From the NCBI GenBank assembly GCA_023213395.1, contig CM041465.1:148497741-148561740 (forward strand): a DNA stretch of 64,000 nt, read 5' to 3'. Origin of the DNA: Cycas panzhihuaensis (Eukaryota; Plantae; Cycadophyta). The notes beneath the pieces are model-generated. The model saw only the letters and a program-made list of their open reading frames with translations, was not told the origin of the DNA and did no database searches. A program made the position numbers and the translations under genes. The stretch's first letter is position 1. The number at the start of each line of letters is the position of its first letter. Shown here piece after piece: positions 24,106-38,600 of this stretch.

Positions 24106-27100
24106 TGTTATGGACCTTTTCTATAACTTGAAGGGACAACCAGATATTATGAATACAACATAGATCTTTCAGGAAGATTTATAGTTAATAGACCAATTGA
24201 TTTGATTAAAAAATAAGTGATGTCTGATGTTACAACACAGAGAGTTTTTATATGTATATACTAGGCCCTTTCATAAACGGTTGTAACTATTCAAGGGCAC
24301 CCCTCCATTAATAATTTAATTAATTAATCTTAAGGAGGTTCGAAACAATTCCTCTCCCTTAAGATGTTTCGCCCACGAAACATAATCGAATGGTTGTAGT
24401 TCTTTAAACAAATGTTGTCATTCGTTGAATTAGCGTCCATTAGGATATTAGTCGAATGTTGTAAGCATTTATTGGAAGATACTTCTAGTTGAAGACCTCA
24501 GCAACGTTTTCCATGTTTTTGGGACGTTTTGCATGTTTCAACTCTTTTAGTTGTCAGTTTAATTTCTTCTTGGAACATGAAAATTTGAGCTTTTGTACCT
24601 TGTGGATGCTTCTTAGTTTCTTCATCCATATTTTTGCGTGATATAACTTTAGTTTTGCTTGGTCTTTTTCTTGAAAATGTGATGGTTCTTCCTTCTTTCT
24701 TAAATTGTATGAATTGCTTGTCAATATTCATTTCGAAGGTTCCAAGTGTATTGAGCCATTGACTGCCCAACACAATATCTACACCTCTGACATCGATGAT
24801 GTAAAAATCTTCTATAATGTTGACGTTACTATGAGATTAAGGTTCATCATCACATCCTGACGTGATATTACCTATCTTTCTCCAATAGTTACCTGGAAAC
24901 AGGGAGTTCTTAATGGGAATAACCTCAGTTGTTGATCACAGTTTTGATCAATGAAATTATGAGTGCTACTTGAATTTATCAGGATTGTAACAACTCGACT
25001 TTTAATAGATCCTTGCAGTTTTAATGTATTTGATTGATTAAAACTGCTCATAGATGATAATGACATTTTCGAGTTGTTAACCTCGAGATGACAGTAGCTT
25101 TCTTGATGTTCATAGTGATGACAATTTCCTTGATTATTTTCTAACCCTTGCTCTTTTTCATCAGTATTGTCATCAGGTAGTAATCTAATTGTATATAACT
25201 GGTTTCTTTGACATTTATGCCCAGGTCCCCACTTTTCTTCACATCTAAAACATAGGTCTTTTGTTCTCAACTTTTCTTGTTCTGTTCTTGTCTTTTGAAT
25301 GATTGGTTTGGCAGGTCAATTCAAATTGATTGATAATGGTTTATGTTGAACATTTGGTAATGGATTATGTCGAATAGGTGGAGGAATATAGGGGTTTGTA
25401 TCTATTTTGCATAATGTATTGAGTTTATCTTCATGTATTCTTGTCAATTGCATTGCTTTGTTAAGATCTTTTGGTTCTTGGACCTTAACATCAACTTGGA
25501 TTTCTGTTATCAGGCCGTCTATATATAAATGGATGAGTCGATTAGTCGGGATGTCTTTTAACACATAACTTGACTTTGTGAAGGCTGCGCTGTATTATTC
25601 CACAGAACTCGTTTGTTTTAATTTTTGCAATTCACAGTAATAATCACGACTGGTTACTATTTCAAATTGCTCAATGAATAGACAGACAAATTCTTTGGTT
25701 ACTATTTCAAATTGCTCAATGAATAGACAGACAAACTCTTTCCAAGTTTGTAGTTGATCTCAAAATGAAGTTTGTTCAAGACATTGCCACCATTCATATG
25801 CTATCCCATCTATGTGCAGGGTAGCTAAAGAAACTTGTTCTATTGGTTCAATTTCTACCAGACGAAAGTAGTTTTCCATTTGTTGGATCCATACTCTAGG
25901 CGTATGTGATTTTTGCTCGCTATTGAAGCATTGTATTGTAATCTTTTCTAACCTTTTCCTTTTTTGTGACTGTATGGATTGTAAACAGTTAAAATATGCT
26001 TGGAAACCCACTATCTTTTGTTCATCAGGGGTCAGATTTCAGTAATCATTAAGATATTTTCTGATAGCTTCATTTTCAATATTAATTGGAGTTGTCTAAA
26101 GACCTGATTGATTTTTTGCAATGCGATTTTTGATATGTGATTGGCGACTCATTGTTTCATCCTTAGAATCCAGAACAATCATATCTTCTTTTCTGCTTGT
26201 TTCTATGATTATCAATTTGTCCAAAATTTGATGTAAAATATGATTTAAGAGAGCATTTGATGTCTAGATAGTTTCGTGCACTGCTTGAGTAATCGATTCA
26301 ACGATATCTTTTTGAATTGAGTTATCAGCCATTTTCTCAGTGCTCATTACCTCAATAATAGCATAGGTGCAATTCCACCAATTCCCTTCGTAATTATACG
26401 TTAATTTATTAGACTTGTATTAATAAAATGAGAAATATGTTGCTTGTTGAATAGATCATAGATATCGAATGAATACGTGTATGTGATGCACAATTATAAG
26501 ACCCCAAACAATTTTAATTGCAAAGACAAGACTTGGTTATGGTGATCGATATCTTTCAAGACAATATTATGGCTTCCCCTTCTGTTTGAATATATTATTA
26601 TGTTGTATCTTATAAATTTGAGTTTGCTTGATCTGTGGAGATAAGTAGGATTATGTTTCCACAATATACTGATTTAAGTACCCTAGTAGATCAATGTATT
26701 CACGTAGACGTTGGCGCTGATTTACAACTATCAATATGTTCTTATGGATAGTATGCACCGATAATTTTGAGTAAAATATTCAGGCAAGTTTTCCTTCGTG
26801 ATTGTATGTGCATTCCTCTAGAATACAAGACTCTTAGTTGAATTCTTATCTTTTTGCGTTTTCTTGAATATGAAACCTTCAATTGAGTTTGTATTGTAAT
26901 AATGGCATGCAACTTCAATATTGGAATAGATGACTAATTAAAGTCACTTTATTCACTTCGTGTGTGTGTGTGTGTATATATATGCTTTATAATAAATATG
27001 CAAATTGTTTTGTAATTGGATACCTGATGAAAGTCACTTTTTACTCTCATACAATATCCAATTACAAAACAATTTGCATATTTATTATCAAGCCTATATA

Positions 27101-28257
27101 TATATATATATTGACGTAATAATAAATATATCAAACAAACAAATAAAAGATTATATAATTGGCGCCTTTGATTAACACAATAGTAAGAATATTAATGCAA
27201 GATTGGCGACCAATATTGATGACGTTGGCATAAATGAAAAGCGAATATATAGAATATATATAATATGAAATGTCTTGATTAACACGCAACGTGTCTTAAT
27301 ATATTATACGATTGTGTTTTTATGTAAAACGACTATGGAGGATGAATGACGGTCGTAAGAAATGAATGCGACTGCAAGTGCAAACAGATGCAAGACCAGG
27401 GAGATGACGATAGATGTCAGATGGTGGAGACGTGGACCAAGGAGATGGGAGACGATAGAATGGATGCAGGGGAGAATGGACGGAACGAAGGGAACCGATG
27501 CCACACAGGGCGATGAAATGTAGGATGATAGAACTGATGGTCTACTCGAAATAAAACACAAGAAAAATCAGAATGAACAGATGAAAGGAAGTATGAAATG
27601 CAAGAAGATCAGAATAAACACATAGTTTAGAATTTTAGACTAGAGCGTGGTACAAAGGACCACGAAAATGTATGTTAGAAGGTGATGATTAATGCAAGTC
27701 AACTATTAATACAGGGTGAAAAATCAATCTGGGAGTGTGGGGACATGTAGGGATGAGCTGAGGAATATTGACGTGCAGGTCTATGATGACGATAATATCA
27801 CAAGTGGTATATGAGAATAGATAATGACAAAGGAGGCACTGTAAACAATGGAGGACCAACTGCCCAATTTGTTATCACCCTAGGTAGCCGCCAGACTATA
27901 GATGGGTAAATAATAGACCTTGCAATCCAAAAATTGTTTCGTTACCAGCTGCTCTCAGATAATAATGCAAGGATACCTGTAGATGCAAGGATACCAGGAT
28001 ATTGCTCTGATACCACCTGTTACGGACATTTTTCGTAACTTGAAGGGACAACCGGATATTATGAATATAATAGAGAGCTTTTAGGAAGATTTATAGTCAA
28101 TAGACCAATTGATTTGATTAAAAAATAAGTGATGTCTAATGTTACAACACAGAGAGTTTTTATATGTATAGACTAAGCCCTTTCATAAAGGGTTGCAACT
28201 ATTTAAGGACACACCTCCATTAATAATTTAATTAATTAATCTTAAAGAGGTTCATAA
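24106..28257 (-). mobile_element. Non-autonomous gypsy element I (gag + protease only)
   Basis: LTRs 24106-24347 and 28018-28257, PBS 28004-28015, PPT AAGGGAGAGGAAT; gag WIQQMENYF..LHIDGIAYEWW, CFRCEEKWGPGHKC; PR ILINSSSTHNFID; no RT or IN. Confidence 0.9.
25651..25740. repeat. 45-bp tandem duplication in gag of I
   Basis: TGGTTACTATTTCAAATTGCTCAATGAATAGACAGACAAA(T/C)TCTT twice. Confidence 0.9.
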
Positions 28258-28395
28258 GAGAGAATGGAATACAAAGACAATTCACAATGCCATATACTCC
28301 TCAATGGAATAGAGTTGCGGAGAGGAAGAACAGGACCATAACTGAAATGACACGGTCCCTTCTGAAATAAAAGGGCGTATCCAATAGGTATTGGG

Positions 28396-28489
28396 TTGCA
28401 ACAACCAACATTATTATATACCTACTCAACTGAAGTCCTACCTTGCAACAACCAACATTATTATATACCTACTCAACTGAAGTCCTACC
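28396..28489. repeat. 47-bp tandem duplication in integrase of H
   Basis: TTGCAACAACCAACATTATTATATACCTACTCAACTGAAGTCCTACC twice. Confidence 0.9.
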
Positions 28490-30622
28490 AAGGCCCCATA
28501 AAGCATGACTCTTGAAGAAGCCTGGTCAGGATAGAAACCTGATGTCTCACATCCTCGTATCTTTGGGTCCACTGTCTATATGCATATACTGGTTGAAAAG
28601 AGAAGGAAATTGGATGACAAAAGCAGAAAATGTATCTTGGTAGGTTACAATGAAGTCTCCAAGGCCTACAAATGCTTGGATCCCTTGATTGATAAAATCT
28701 ATTCGAGTAGAGACGTGCATTTTGATGAAACATCAGATGCTGCAAAGGAGGATACATCTCCACCTTTTGCCTCACTGGATAATATTGTTATTCTGCATTG
28801 GGAACCACCTCACCCAAAGGAGCAACAAAGAGAGCACCATGAAACTTTGAGCGAGACCATACAGGACACCTCTCCAAGAGCCTTTAGTGAATCCATAGAT
28901 CAATAACCTAGTATCTCCAACATCACCAATGATCGAGAACGATCATCTACTCCACCACAGAAGAAAATACCAAAGAGGTATTTAAAAATAATGGAGGAAT
29001 CCTGAACCGATTCCGATCTCATCCAAGAAGGTAGAAGAACCAAAAGTCAAAATGCACTACGGGTTCGCAACACACTGTGACATCTGCTTTTAGTAGTCCC
29101 ATGATGATCCTCACTGGAGCAAGGCCATGGATGAGGAAATGGAGTCAATCATAGAAAATAAAACATGGGATCTGACTGAACTATCGCTAAGCAAACCTGT
29201 TGTTGGGTGTTGATGGCTGTACAAGGTTAAAGAAAAGGCAGATGGGTCCATTGAAAAATATAAAGCCCGTCTTGCGGCCAAGGGATACATTCAGACGCAA
29301 GGGATTGATTATGAAGAAACATTTTCCCCGATTAGCAAAATGACAATCATCAGGACTGTGATTGCACTAGCTGCACAGAATAATTGGCTTGTATGTTAGA
29401 TGGATGTCAAGGGAACTTTTCTCAATGGAGACCTACAAGAGTACATTTACATGAAACAACCCCTTGGATATGTAACTAGAGGACAAGAACATCTTGTCTG
29501 CAAGCTCAATAAAGCTGTTTATGGGTTGAAACAAGCTCCTAGGTCTTGGTACGCCAAGATCGACTCCTACCTATGGGGTGTTGGAATGAAACGATCAGAG
29601 GCAGATTTTAGACTTTATGTTCACATTGACAAGAACAATCGAATCATTATCCTAGTCGTGTGTGTGGATGATCTGATATTGACCGGGAATAACACTAGCT
29701 AGATCAACTTTCTGTGATAACAGTTGTCAAAGACCTTTGAAATGATAGACCTAGGAGAAATTCATTACTACTTGGGAATTGAGGTTCATAAACAGCCAGA
29801 TGGAATTTTTATTCATCAAAGCAAGTATATAGGTAGAATCCTGGAGGAATTTAAGATGATATATTGTAAACCATCTCCTACACCTATGTGTACAAGAACC
29901 AAACTGACGACTGTTCTAGAGGGGAAACCAATAGATGAGACTCTTTATATGAAACTAGTCGGCAACCTCATATATCTTACTTCAACTCGACCAGACATAG
30001 TGTTTTACGTGGGGATGGTCTCAAGGTTCATGTCTGCTCCCAAAGAGTCACATTGGAAAGCAGCCAAGCATATACTGTGATAGTTGCAAAGGACAAAATC
30101 CTATGGAACCCACTATAGCAATCAAGGGGTGACTCATTTAACTGGATACACTAATTTTGATTGGGTAGGAGACATTGATAGTCGAAAATCTACCACAAGA
30201 TATTGCTTCGGCCCAGGGAATGGAATCATATCATGGAGAACAAAGAAACAACCCACTGTCTCCTTGTCAGTTTCGGAAGCTGAATATCAACCAACTATCC
30301 AGTCAACCTGCAAAGCAATCTGGCTTAGATGTCTCCTTGAAGAGTTGAGATTGACTCAAGACTCTCTAACTCTAATCAACTGCGACAACTAGAGCACCAT
30401 TCAAATGACCAGGAATCCTGTCTTTCAAGCCCGAACAAAGCACACTGAAGTTCATCATCACATCATTCAGGAAAAGGTAGACAAAGGGGAAATCAAATTG
30501 ATCTATTTTCCCAGGACAGAGCAACTTGTTGACATCTTCACAAAGCCACTCTCTAAGGACAAATTTGTGTACCTTAGAAACAAAATTGGGATGAAAGAAA
30601 GGGATTAGACATTAAGAGGGGA

Positions 30623-30853
30623 TGTTAGAATATAATGTCTTATCCTCTGTATTTTAATGTTTTATGTTAGTGACTTAATTGTAACATTTAATGTTAGTCA
30701 TGTAACATAGTTGTAACTTATTATGTTAGTCATGTCTCTAACCCTAACATGTTATTAGAGGCTTCCTATATAAATATGTACAATACCTCTCAATATACTC
30801 AAGGAATCCATTTCAATCATTTCTGATCTCATCTGTCTGTAGTTGCTTTGACA
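30623..30853 (+). repeat. 3' LTR of H (231 bp)
   Basis: TGTTAG..TTGACA after the PPT; its 3' half matches 21141-21263. Confidence 0.9.
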
Positions 30854-33478
30854 AAACTAAGACCCTTTTTGGAAAGAATATTAAGATTTTAAGGAGTGAC
30901 AGTGAAGGCAAGTACTTGTCAGATGACTTCATCAACCTTTTCAAAAGACATGGCATTCAGTGTTGGCTTACTACATCATACACTTTGCAATAGAATGATG
31001 TATTTGAGAGGAAAAATCATACAATTGTAGAGATGATTCGATGCTTACTTAAGGCAAAATGTGCCTCTAAAGGCTTCTAGGGCAAATTTGTTAAAACAAC
31101 AGTTTACTTGTTAAATAGGAGTCCCACTAAAGTAGTGTGGAATGTGACTCTTGAGGAAGTGTAGACCGATAGAAAATCCTTTGTTTGCAATCTTTGTGTT
31201 TTTGGTTGTACTGCTTATGTCCATGTGCCTAATGAAAAGAGGCATAAATTGGATGAAAAAATCCATAAATGTATTCTTATTGGGTACTGTGAGTCATCCA
31301 AAGCATATAGGTTTTGGAATCCTACACAGAGAAAGATTGTAATCAATAGTGATGCATTGTTTGATGAGTCTAATGAGTCCATTGTGCTTAGTGTAAATAA
31401 TAAAGGGAAAAAAAAGTGTGAAATAGATGTAAAGAGTGAAGATGATAAGGACAATGACGAGCCTTCTACTTCCTCTTCTTCTCTTGCAAAGAAAATACCC
31501 AAATGGTATTACCAAACCATTAAGGACTTCAAGGTTGATGACATCAACCTTGATGAAGGTGTTCAGAGAAGGAGCAAGAGCAAAGTCAATTATGTCTTAA
31601 TGTATAACATATTGAGCATTAATGAGCCATAGTCATTCAATGAAGCCAAAGTTTTGGCTTAAGGGGAGTCAACCATGAAGGATGGGTATAACTCTATCCT
31701 TAAGAATGACATGTGGGACCTTGTTGAACTTCCTCTAGACAAAAGAGCCATTGGTTGTAGATGGGTATATAAAGTGGAGCATAAATCAAATGGCGCAGTT
31801 GACAGATACAAAGCTCGACTTGTGGCCAAGGGCTATGTACAAAGAGTAGGTATGGACTTCGAGGAGAACTTTGCACATGTGGCAAAGATGACTACCATTT
31901 AGATGTTGATCAGTCTTGCATCACTCTCCACCAAATGGATGTAAAGAGTGCTTTTCTGTATGGCATTCTTGATGAAGAGCTTGTATGGAGCAACCTGAAG
32001 GCTTTTTGAAGGTTGAATAGCAACATCTTGTTCGTAAACTAAAGAAAGCTCTTTATGGGCTCAAGCAAGCACCAAGGGCATGGTACTCATGCATCAATAA
32101 CTATCTTACTTCACTTGTATCCACCAGATGTGAATCTGATCATGGTTTATATGTGAGACACTTGGATGATGAGATTCTCATTATTGCACTTTATGTTTGT
32201 GATCTCTTCGTTACTGGAAGAGACACTCTTTAGATTGACTCTCTCAATAAGCAATTGTGCAATGTTTTTTAGATGTCAGATCTTGGCCCTCTGCATTGTT
32301 ACCTTACTTTGGAGATTTGGCAGAACGGTGATAGCATTTTTGTATTGCAGACTAGATAGGCTCATAATTTGTTGAGACGATTCCATATGGAGGATTGTAA
32401 GCCAATGGCGACTCCCATTTAAGTTGGTCTCAAAGTGACTAGGGAGTTTATTCGTGAGTTTGTTGATACAGCATTGTACAGGCAGTTAATGGGCATTTTA
32501 ATCTATCTCACCAACACTCAACCTGACATTAGTTATGTTGGTATTGTGTCACATTTCATGAGCGCTCCATCCACTCTTCATTGGAAGGCAACAAAGCGAA
32601 TCTTGAGATATGTAAAAAACACTATTAGATATGGAGTCATGTTTGCTAGACCTAAAGAGTTCAGACTATAGGGCTTCATTGACTTAGATTGGTCAGGGGA
32701 TCAAGACGAGAGGAAATCTACATCAGGATATGTTTTCACATTTGGTTTTGGTGTAATCTCTTGGTGTAGCAAAAAATAAGCTATAGTGTCCTTGTCTTCC
32801 ATAGAGGCCGAGTACAAGGCAATAATTGTAGGCACTTGTAAGGCCATTTGGCTCAGGAGATTTTTTGGTCACTTTGAACTTTTGTAGGATGATCCTACAT
32901 AGCTATTCTGTGATAATCATAGTGCAATTCAGTTTCGAAGAATTTGGTGTTCCACTCTAGGACAAAGTATGTGGAAGTTCACCATCAGTTCATTGGGGAG
33001 CAAGTGCATGGCAGACTAGTTGAGTCGGTCTATTGCCTAAGCGAGGATCAAATTTCTAATAGTCTCACGAAGGCCTTAAGTTGTGAGAAATTTGAGAGGC
33101 TTAGACAATTTTTATTTCTGAGGGAGAATGATTTAACACTATGAGGGGGTGTTAAAAATAATGTTAATAATGTTAATTCATCATATAATTATTTATGACA
33201 TTTCTTTTGGATTTGACACTACATATTGTAATTCCCAGATCCATTGTAATGCTTGCCTTCTATTAATAGCCTTTGACTTTGCTCTCACATGTATGAGCTT
33301 GTGTAATGCCTTGTGGAGTTTCCTATTTGTATTTGTGGCCTCTACTCATGCATTAATGAAGTTGATTGAGTGTAAGTTGTGAAATAATGCAAGTTTTTTA
33401 TCTTGTCGTTCTTTGTGCTTGTGAGCTCATATTGTTCATTTTCTATAGCCCATTTACTCTCAATCTCTCATTCCAACA
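30854..33478 (+). mobile_element. Ty1/copia element F, 3' part (IN-RT-RH and 3' LTR), inserted in K
   Basis: IN KILRSDSEGKY; RT NDMWDLVEL..YKARLVAKGY; RH FHSRTKYVEV; PPT GAGGGGG; LTR 33150-33478 (TGTT..AACA). Confidence 0.88.
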
Positions 33479-35699
33479 ATTGGTAGGGAAATGGATTTGG
33501 CATCATGCCTAAGGGTAAATGCTCAATGTTTCTAGTTTTGAAGGCCCTTGGTATCATAAAGCCATGGTCTTCCTAATAGTGCAGGGTAGGAGACAACTTT
33601 TTTAATGACTTTCTATAATAGTAAATACAGTTGTATTGATGATCCCTACTACGATGAATGTCATGTTTGGTAATGTTCCTAGCGGTTGTACTTACAATTC
33701 ATTGGCTAACATGATGGAGAAGGTTGCAACATCCAATTGGGGGCTTCCTAATTTCTTCCATGTTCTGACTAGCATAATGTTTATAGTGGATCATCCATAG
33801 ACGATTATGGATTCTAATGCTTCCCCTAATATTAACATGTTAACCATGGGGTCCTTATCAATGTTACAAGAGGAAAATTATTGCCCTTTAATGACTGTTG
33901 ACTTATGTTTCCCGCTGCACTTGTGGGAAGGGTACACTTGTCAAGGTTACACAGGTTATAGTCTAGTTTAGGACACAGTCAACATCATCATCCACATAAA
34001 TCACACTGATTTATTAATGTTTCCACATGATTACTGACTGTGACACAACAAAGATAGAGATCAGCACCTATTTCACATTCAATCCTTGCAAACACAGAGA
34101 ATCCACAATTCCCACGCAACTCTTATTTTATTAAGCAATAAGTTCTTTTACACAAGGTCTTTGGAATGCATTCCTGTGCATTCGACCAAAATTCATACAT
34201 TCACTTTGTCACATGCGTACCTAGGAGGTACCCATCAAAATACATGGCTTAGGCTGCTGTCATGCATACTGGTCTCCGTACCAATGCGTATTGGAATACT
34301 TGGCTCTCACCCTCAAGAGTATACCATGGGATTGAATCACTCGCCTCTCACCCTAACGGAATGGTCCTTGGGAAGCCTCATAAATACGCTCCTATGGTGT
34401 CCTTTGGCTGAAGGGTTATGACTGTCTGTCATAATCGTACCTTTTCAATCAAGCGTACGTCTTCCTAACCATTGGTTAGTTTCCTTAACTGGCCGTCTTA
34501 ACTCATTCGTAAATGCACGTCCGTGCGGCGTCATCCGGGCTCCCTTCGATCCGCCTTCTCATGCGTACCATTCCATTTTACTTGCATTACGCACGGAAGG
34601 TGCGTATCTATGTTGCGTACCTTTACCGTCACGCACTGTCATACGTATCCGAATCTTTGGATTCTTCACTTCTTCTTTGCATGCATACCTTAAATGCAGT
34701 TCGTGCACAGTCCAAGGACACTCAGCCTCTCTCTGGTCTGCCCATAGCGCAACGTGTCACATTATGCTCCAACATCTATCCCGGCTCAACCTGAAGGGTT
34801 TGAGCATCCTTGCTCAACAAAATTTTCAAAATTTGGGGTATTCCTCCCCCTCCCCTTCTCAAGGATGCTCCTGCGGCCGCTGTCCTATAACCAAAATTTC
34901 TTCATTGATTTGGGTCAGTGTGGCAATTATTGCATCTTTTTCTTTGAGTTTTTCCTGAAGGGCTGCTATTTCTGCCTTGTACCCTTCTTCCATGTCCATA
35001 ATTAACTGAATGATCTGACTTGATTTATTATCCGGTGCGGGTGGTGCTGATGTCTCTCCCGTTTCTATTACGGGCGGAAAGTCTTCCTATTCTTCCAAAG
35101 AAGGTTCCACTTCTTCTGCCTCTGTTGGCTCTTCTTCATGTGAAAAGAGGCTAGATGGCCTCAACAGTCCCTAGATCTAGAAACTAGGATCACTCTAGTT
35201 CTAGTTGCAGAAATACAAACAAGTATAATAAACTCAAGGTAAAGATAAAGCAAAAAGACAAAACATGAATGAAGGAGCAAGAGAAAATGATACCCAATAT
35301 GTGGAGTTGGAATTGGTCCAACCTTCAAAGAATGAACAGCTTGATTAGCAAACTGATAGCATAACAATACAGCTCCAACTCTTGTATGAGACAATGAGGA
35401 GAGGTCTCATTATATAGAGTGAAATGAGAGACCTAAGGCCTTGGATGTTTGACAAGTGTCAAACATCCAAGATACATGCCTTGCATGTTGGACATGTGTC
35501 CTTTTGGGCTCTCATGTGAGCAAAAGTGCATGAGGGTCCATTTGACCCTTTAGTGACAACGTTGTGTCACTAGAAAGAATATGGGTGTGCACTTTATCAC
35601 TTAAGTGATAAGTCACCCCTAAAGTAAAAAGTACTCATATTACATGAAAATAAAAGTACATTATCTCAACATGTAAACATAAGGTTTAACACCCCCCCT

Positions 35700-38600
35700 T
35701 ACTGTTTACAATGTTAAGTCGGACACCAAGACCATCTCTGAATTTTACAAACTTTTCTCTACCAAGAGGCTTGGTAAAGATGTCTGTATACTGCTCCTCT
35801 GTAGAGTGCATACTAGAGGTTGATCTCACCATTCTGAACATGTTCTCTGATGAAGTGATATTGAACCTCGATGTGTTTTGTCCGCGCATGAAAGACTGGA
35901 TTCTTAGCTAACTTGAGCACACTTTGATTGTCGCAATGTATCCTGGTGGGGTGACCCTGCTCAAGTCTAAGTTCCCCAAGAATCCGTCGTAGCCAGATAG
36001 CCTCACAAGTCACCGTGTAGCTTTGTACTACCTTGCTTGGAGGACAAGGTAACATTAGGTTGCTTCATGCAACTGGATGAAACAGCTCTTGAACCAAGGG
36101 AAAAATAGTATCCCGAGGTTGATCTCCTGCTATCTTGGCAACCTGCCCAATCAGAATCTGAGAACCCTTCCATAGTGAAGTTCTCATTATGTGCATACTC
36201 AAGGCCATGCTGTAATGTGCCTTTGATGTATAAGTATGCGTTTGGTTGCATTCAGGTGTATCTGATTGGGTTGAGACATGTAACGTGAGCAAATCCCAAC
36301 AGCAAATGAAATATCCATCCGAGTGTTGGTGAGATAAATGAGACTCCCAATCAACTGCCGGTAAAGTGTGGGATCTGCTAGTGCAGCTTCCTCATTGAGA
36401 GTAAGCTTAGATCCATTCTCCATAGGTCTAAGTACTGTTTTGCGATCGTGCATCCTGATCACGCAAAATGTCCCAAGAATATTTCGCTTGGGAGATGAAG
36501 ATATAGCCTGGCTGTTGCCATATCTCAAAGCCTAAAAAATAATGGAGAAGTCCAAGATCCGTCATCTCAAAACTTCTCTTCAAATCATCTTGGAGAATAT
36601 GAATCATCTTAGTGTCACTACCAGTGATCACCAAGTCATCTACATACAAGGCAACAAAAATTACTTGGTTTTTTCCATTTTTTATATACAGATTAGGATC
36701 CGAAGTAGATCGATGAAACCCATGTCTCAAGAAGTAGTCATCGATCTTTGAGTACCATGCCCTTGGAGCTTGCTTCAAGCCATATAACGCCTTTTTCAAG
36801 CGATATACAAGATGCTCCTTGCCTTGTACTCTGTATCCGAGAGGTTGCTCCAAATACACCTCCTCCTGAAGATTGCCATTAAGAAAGGCGCTCTTCACGT
36901 CCATCTGGTAAACAGGCCATTTGCATTGAGCAGCTAAGGCCAAGAGAAGTCTGATGGTATTCATGTGCGCCACTGGTGCAAAAGTTTTTTCATAATCTAT
37001 GCCTTCGTTTTGTTTAAAACCTTTTGCGACAAGGCGTGCTTTCTGCCTTTTGAGTGAACCATCATAATGGAATTTGGTCTTATAGACCCATTTGCAATTG
37101 ATTGCCTGATTGTGTTTAGGCAATTCAACCAAATTCCAAGTACCATTCTGTTCAATAGAATGGATTTCTTTATCCATGGCAGCCTTCAAATTTTCATTTT
37201 TAGAAGCCTCCTCAAAAGTGGAAGGTTCATTAACACAAAGCGCTTCAGCCATAAGTGCATAATTGGTTTGCTGCCGATATTTAGATGGACGTTTTCCTTC
37301 AATGATGTGACCGTCCTGAACTGTTTGTGTGTACCATTTGGGTAACTTTTGAATTGAAGTTACTTGAACTTCAAGGTCTTCTAGTGTAAGTGGTTGCTCA
37401 ATAGAAGATGTGCTTGGATCAAGTGGAGCAAATTCAGTTGAAGTAGATGGTCCAGCTGGTGCAGATGATGAACATGGTGTAGAGGATTGAGAGGGAAGGA
37501 AGGCTTCAACAATCTTCTTGCCTTTGTCAATGGGAGGTTGCATGGATGTTGTTTGCACCTCTTGGTGATCTTCTTCAGCAAAGATGACATCTCTTGAGAG
37601 ATGCATTTGCTTCCCTATAGGATCATACAACTTGTAGGCTTTGTTGTGAATGGCATAACCTACAAAGATGCATTTTAGACTATGCTTGTCTAATTTCTTC
37701 CTTTGCTGATCGGGAATGTGCATATAAGCAGTGCACCCAAAAGTCCTCAAATGGCTGACAGTAGGCTTTTTGCCAGACCATGCCTCCTCGAGTGTAATGT
37801 TGGTGACTATTTGTAGTAGGATCGATTGGCCACATAGGTACTGTGAAATGCTTACAAGAAGCTTGAGTGAGTCCTTGTGCATGCATCATAGCTTTGGCTT
37901 TATTGGCCAAAGTTTTGTTCATCTGTTCAGAGACTCCATTTTGTTGAGGAGTGTGAGGTATCGTCAGTTGTCTCCGAATGCCGTTATCCTTGCGATTGGG
38001 TGAATTCATTTGATGTAAATTCACCTCCATTGTCTGTCTTGAATGTTTTGATTGAATGGCGGACTCATTTTCCACTTCAAGTTTGAATTCTTTGAACCTG
38101 GAAAATGCTTCAGATTTGTGTTTGATGAAATAAACCCAAACTTTGTGAAAAAAATCCTCAATGAAGGAGATATAATACAAAGCTCCTCCAAAGATGATGT
38201 GGACATAGGTCCACACAAATCCGAATGTACTAGGCTGCAGAGGATGTGATGCACGCCACGCTTTGCCTTTAGGAAAGGCAAGCGATCTTGAGTTCCCATA
38301 ATGCACGCTTAAAGACATTTCGTTCCATAAATCTTAGGAAGCCCATGTACCATGTTCTTGTTGATCATCGCCTCAAATTGTCTAAGCTCAAATGGCCTAG
38401 ACGTTGATGCCAAAGTTGCATCTTGGACAAGTAAGGAGTGACAATGGAACGAGTAAGCGAGAATCAAGTGTTATATTATTGGCATCCAACTTGTAGAGGC
38501 CTTGATCCTCATAGCCATGACTACTACTTGGTCTTCTTTGTCACTAATTATACATTTCTGTTTTGGAACAATACACTCATCATTGCTTGTCCAAGCGGCT

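Larger units (their letters stand above)
21141..30853 (+). mobile_element. Ty1/copia element H (5' LTR truncated), interrupted by I
   Basis: Partial 5' LTR 21141-21263, PBS 21264-21276; gag GDNYESWKTKM; PR DLGASKHM; IN DNGG; RT MDVKGTFLNG, VCVDDL; RH VDIFTKPL; PPT AAGAGGGGA; 3' LTR 30623-30853. Confidence 0.92.

Noticed and set aside
33479-33490. PBS-like ATTGGTA after the F LTR, suggesting a tandem element
   Set aside because: The sequence is the antisense of K protease coding sequence and does not continue as TCAGAGC.
34086-35005. Several 80-110-aa ORFs in and next to the L LTRs (also 48219-48974)
   Set aside because: They lie in LTR sequence and the frames are not preserved between the two LTR copies.
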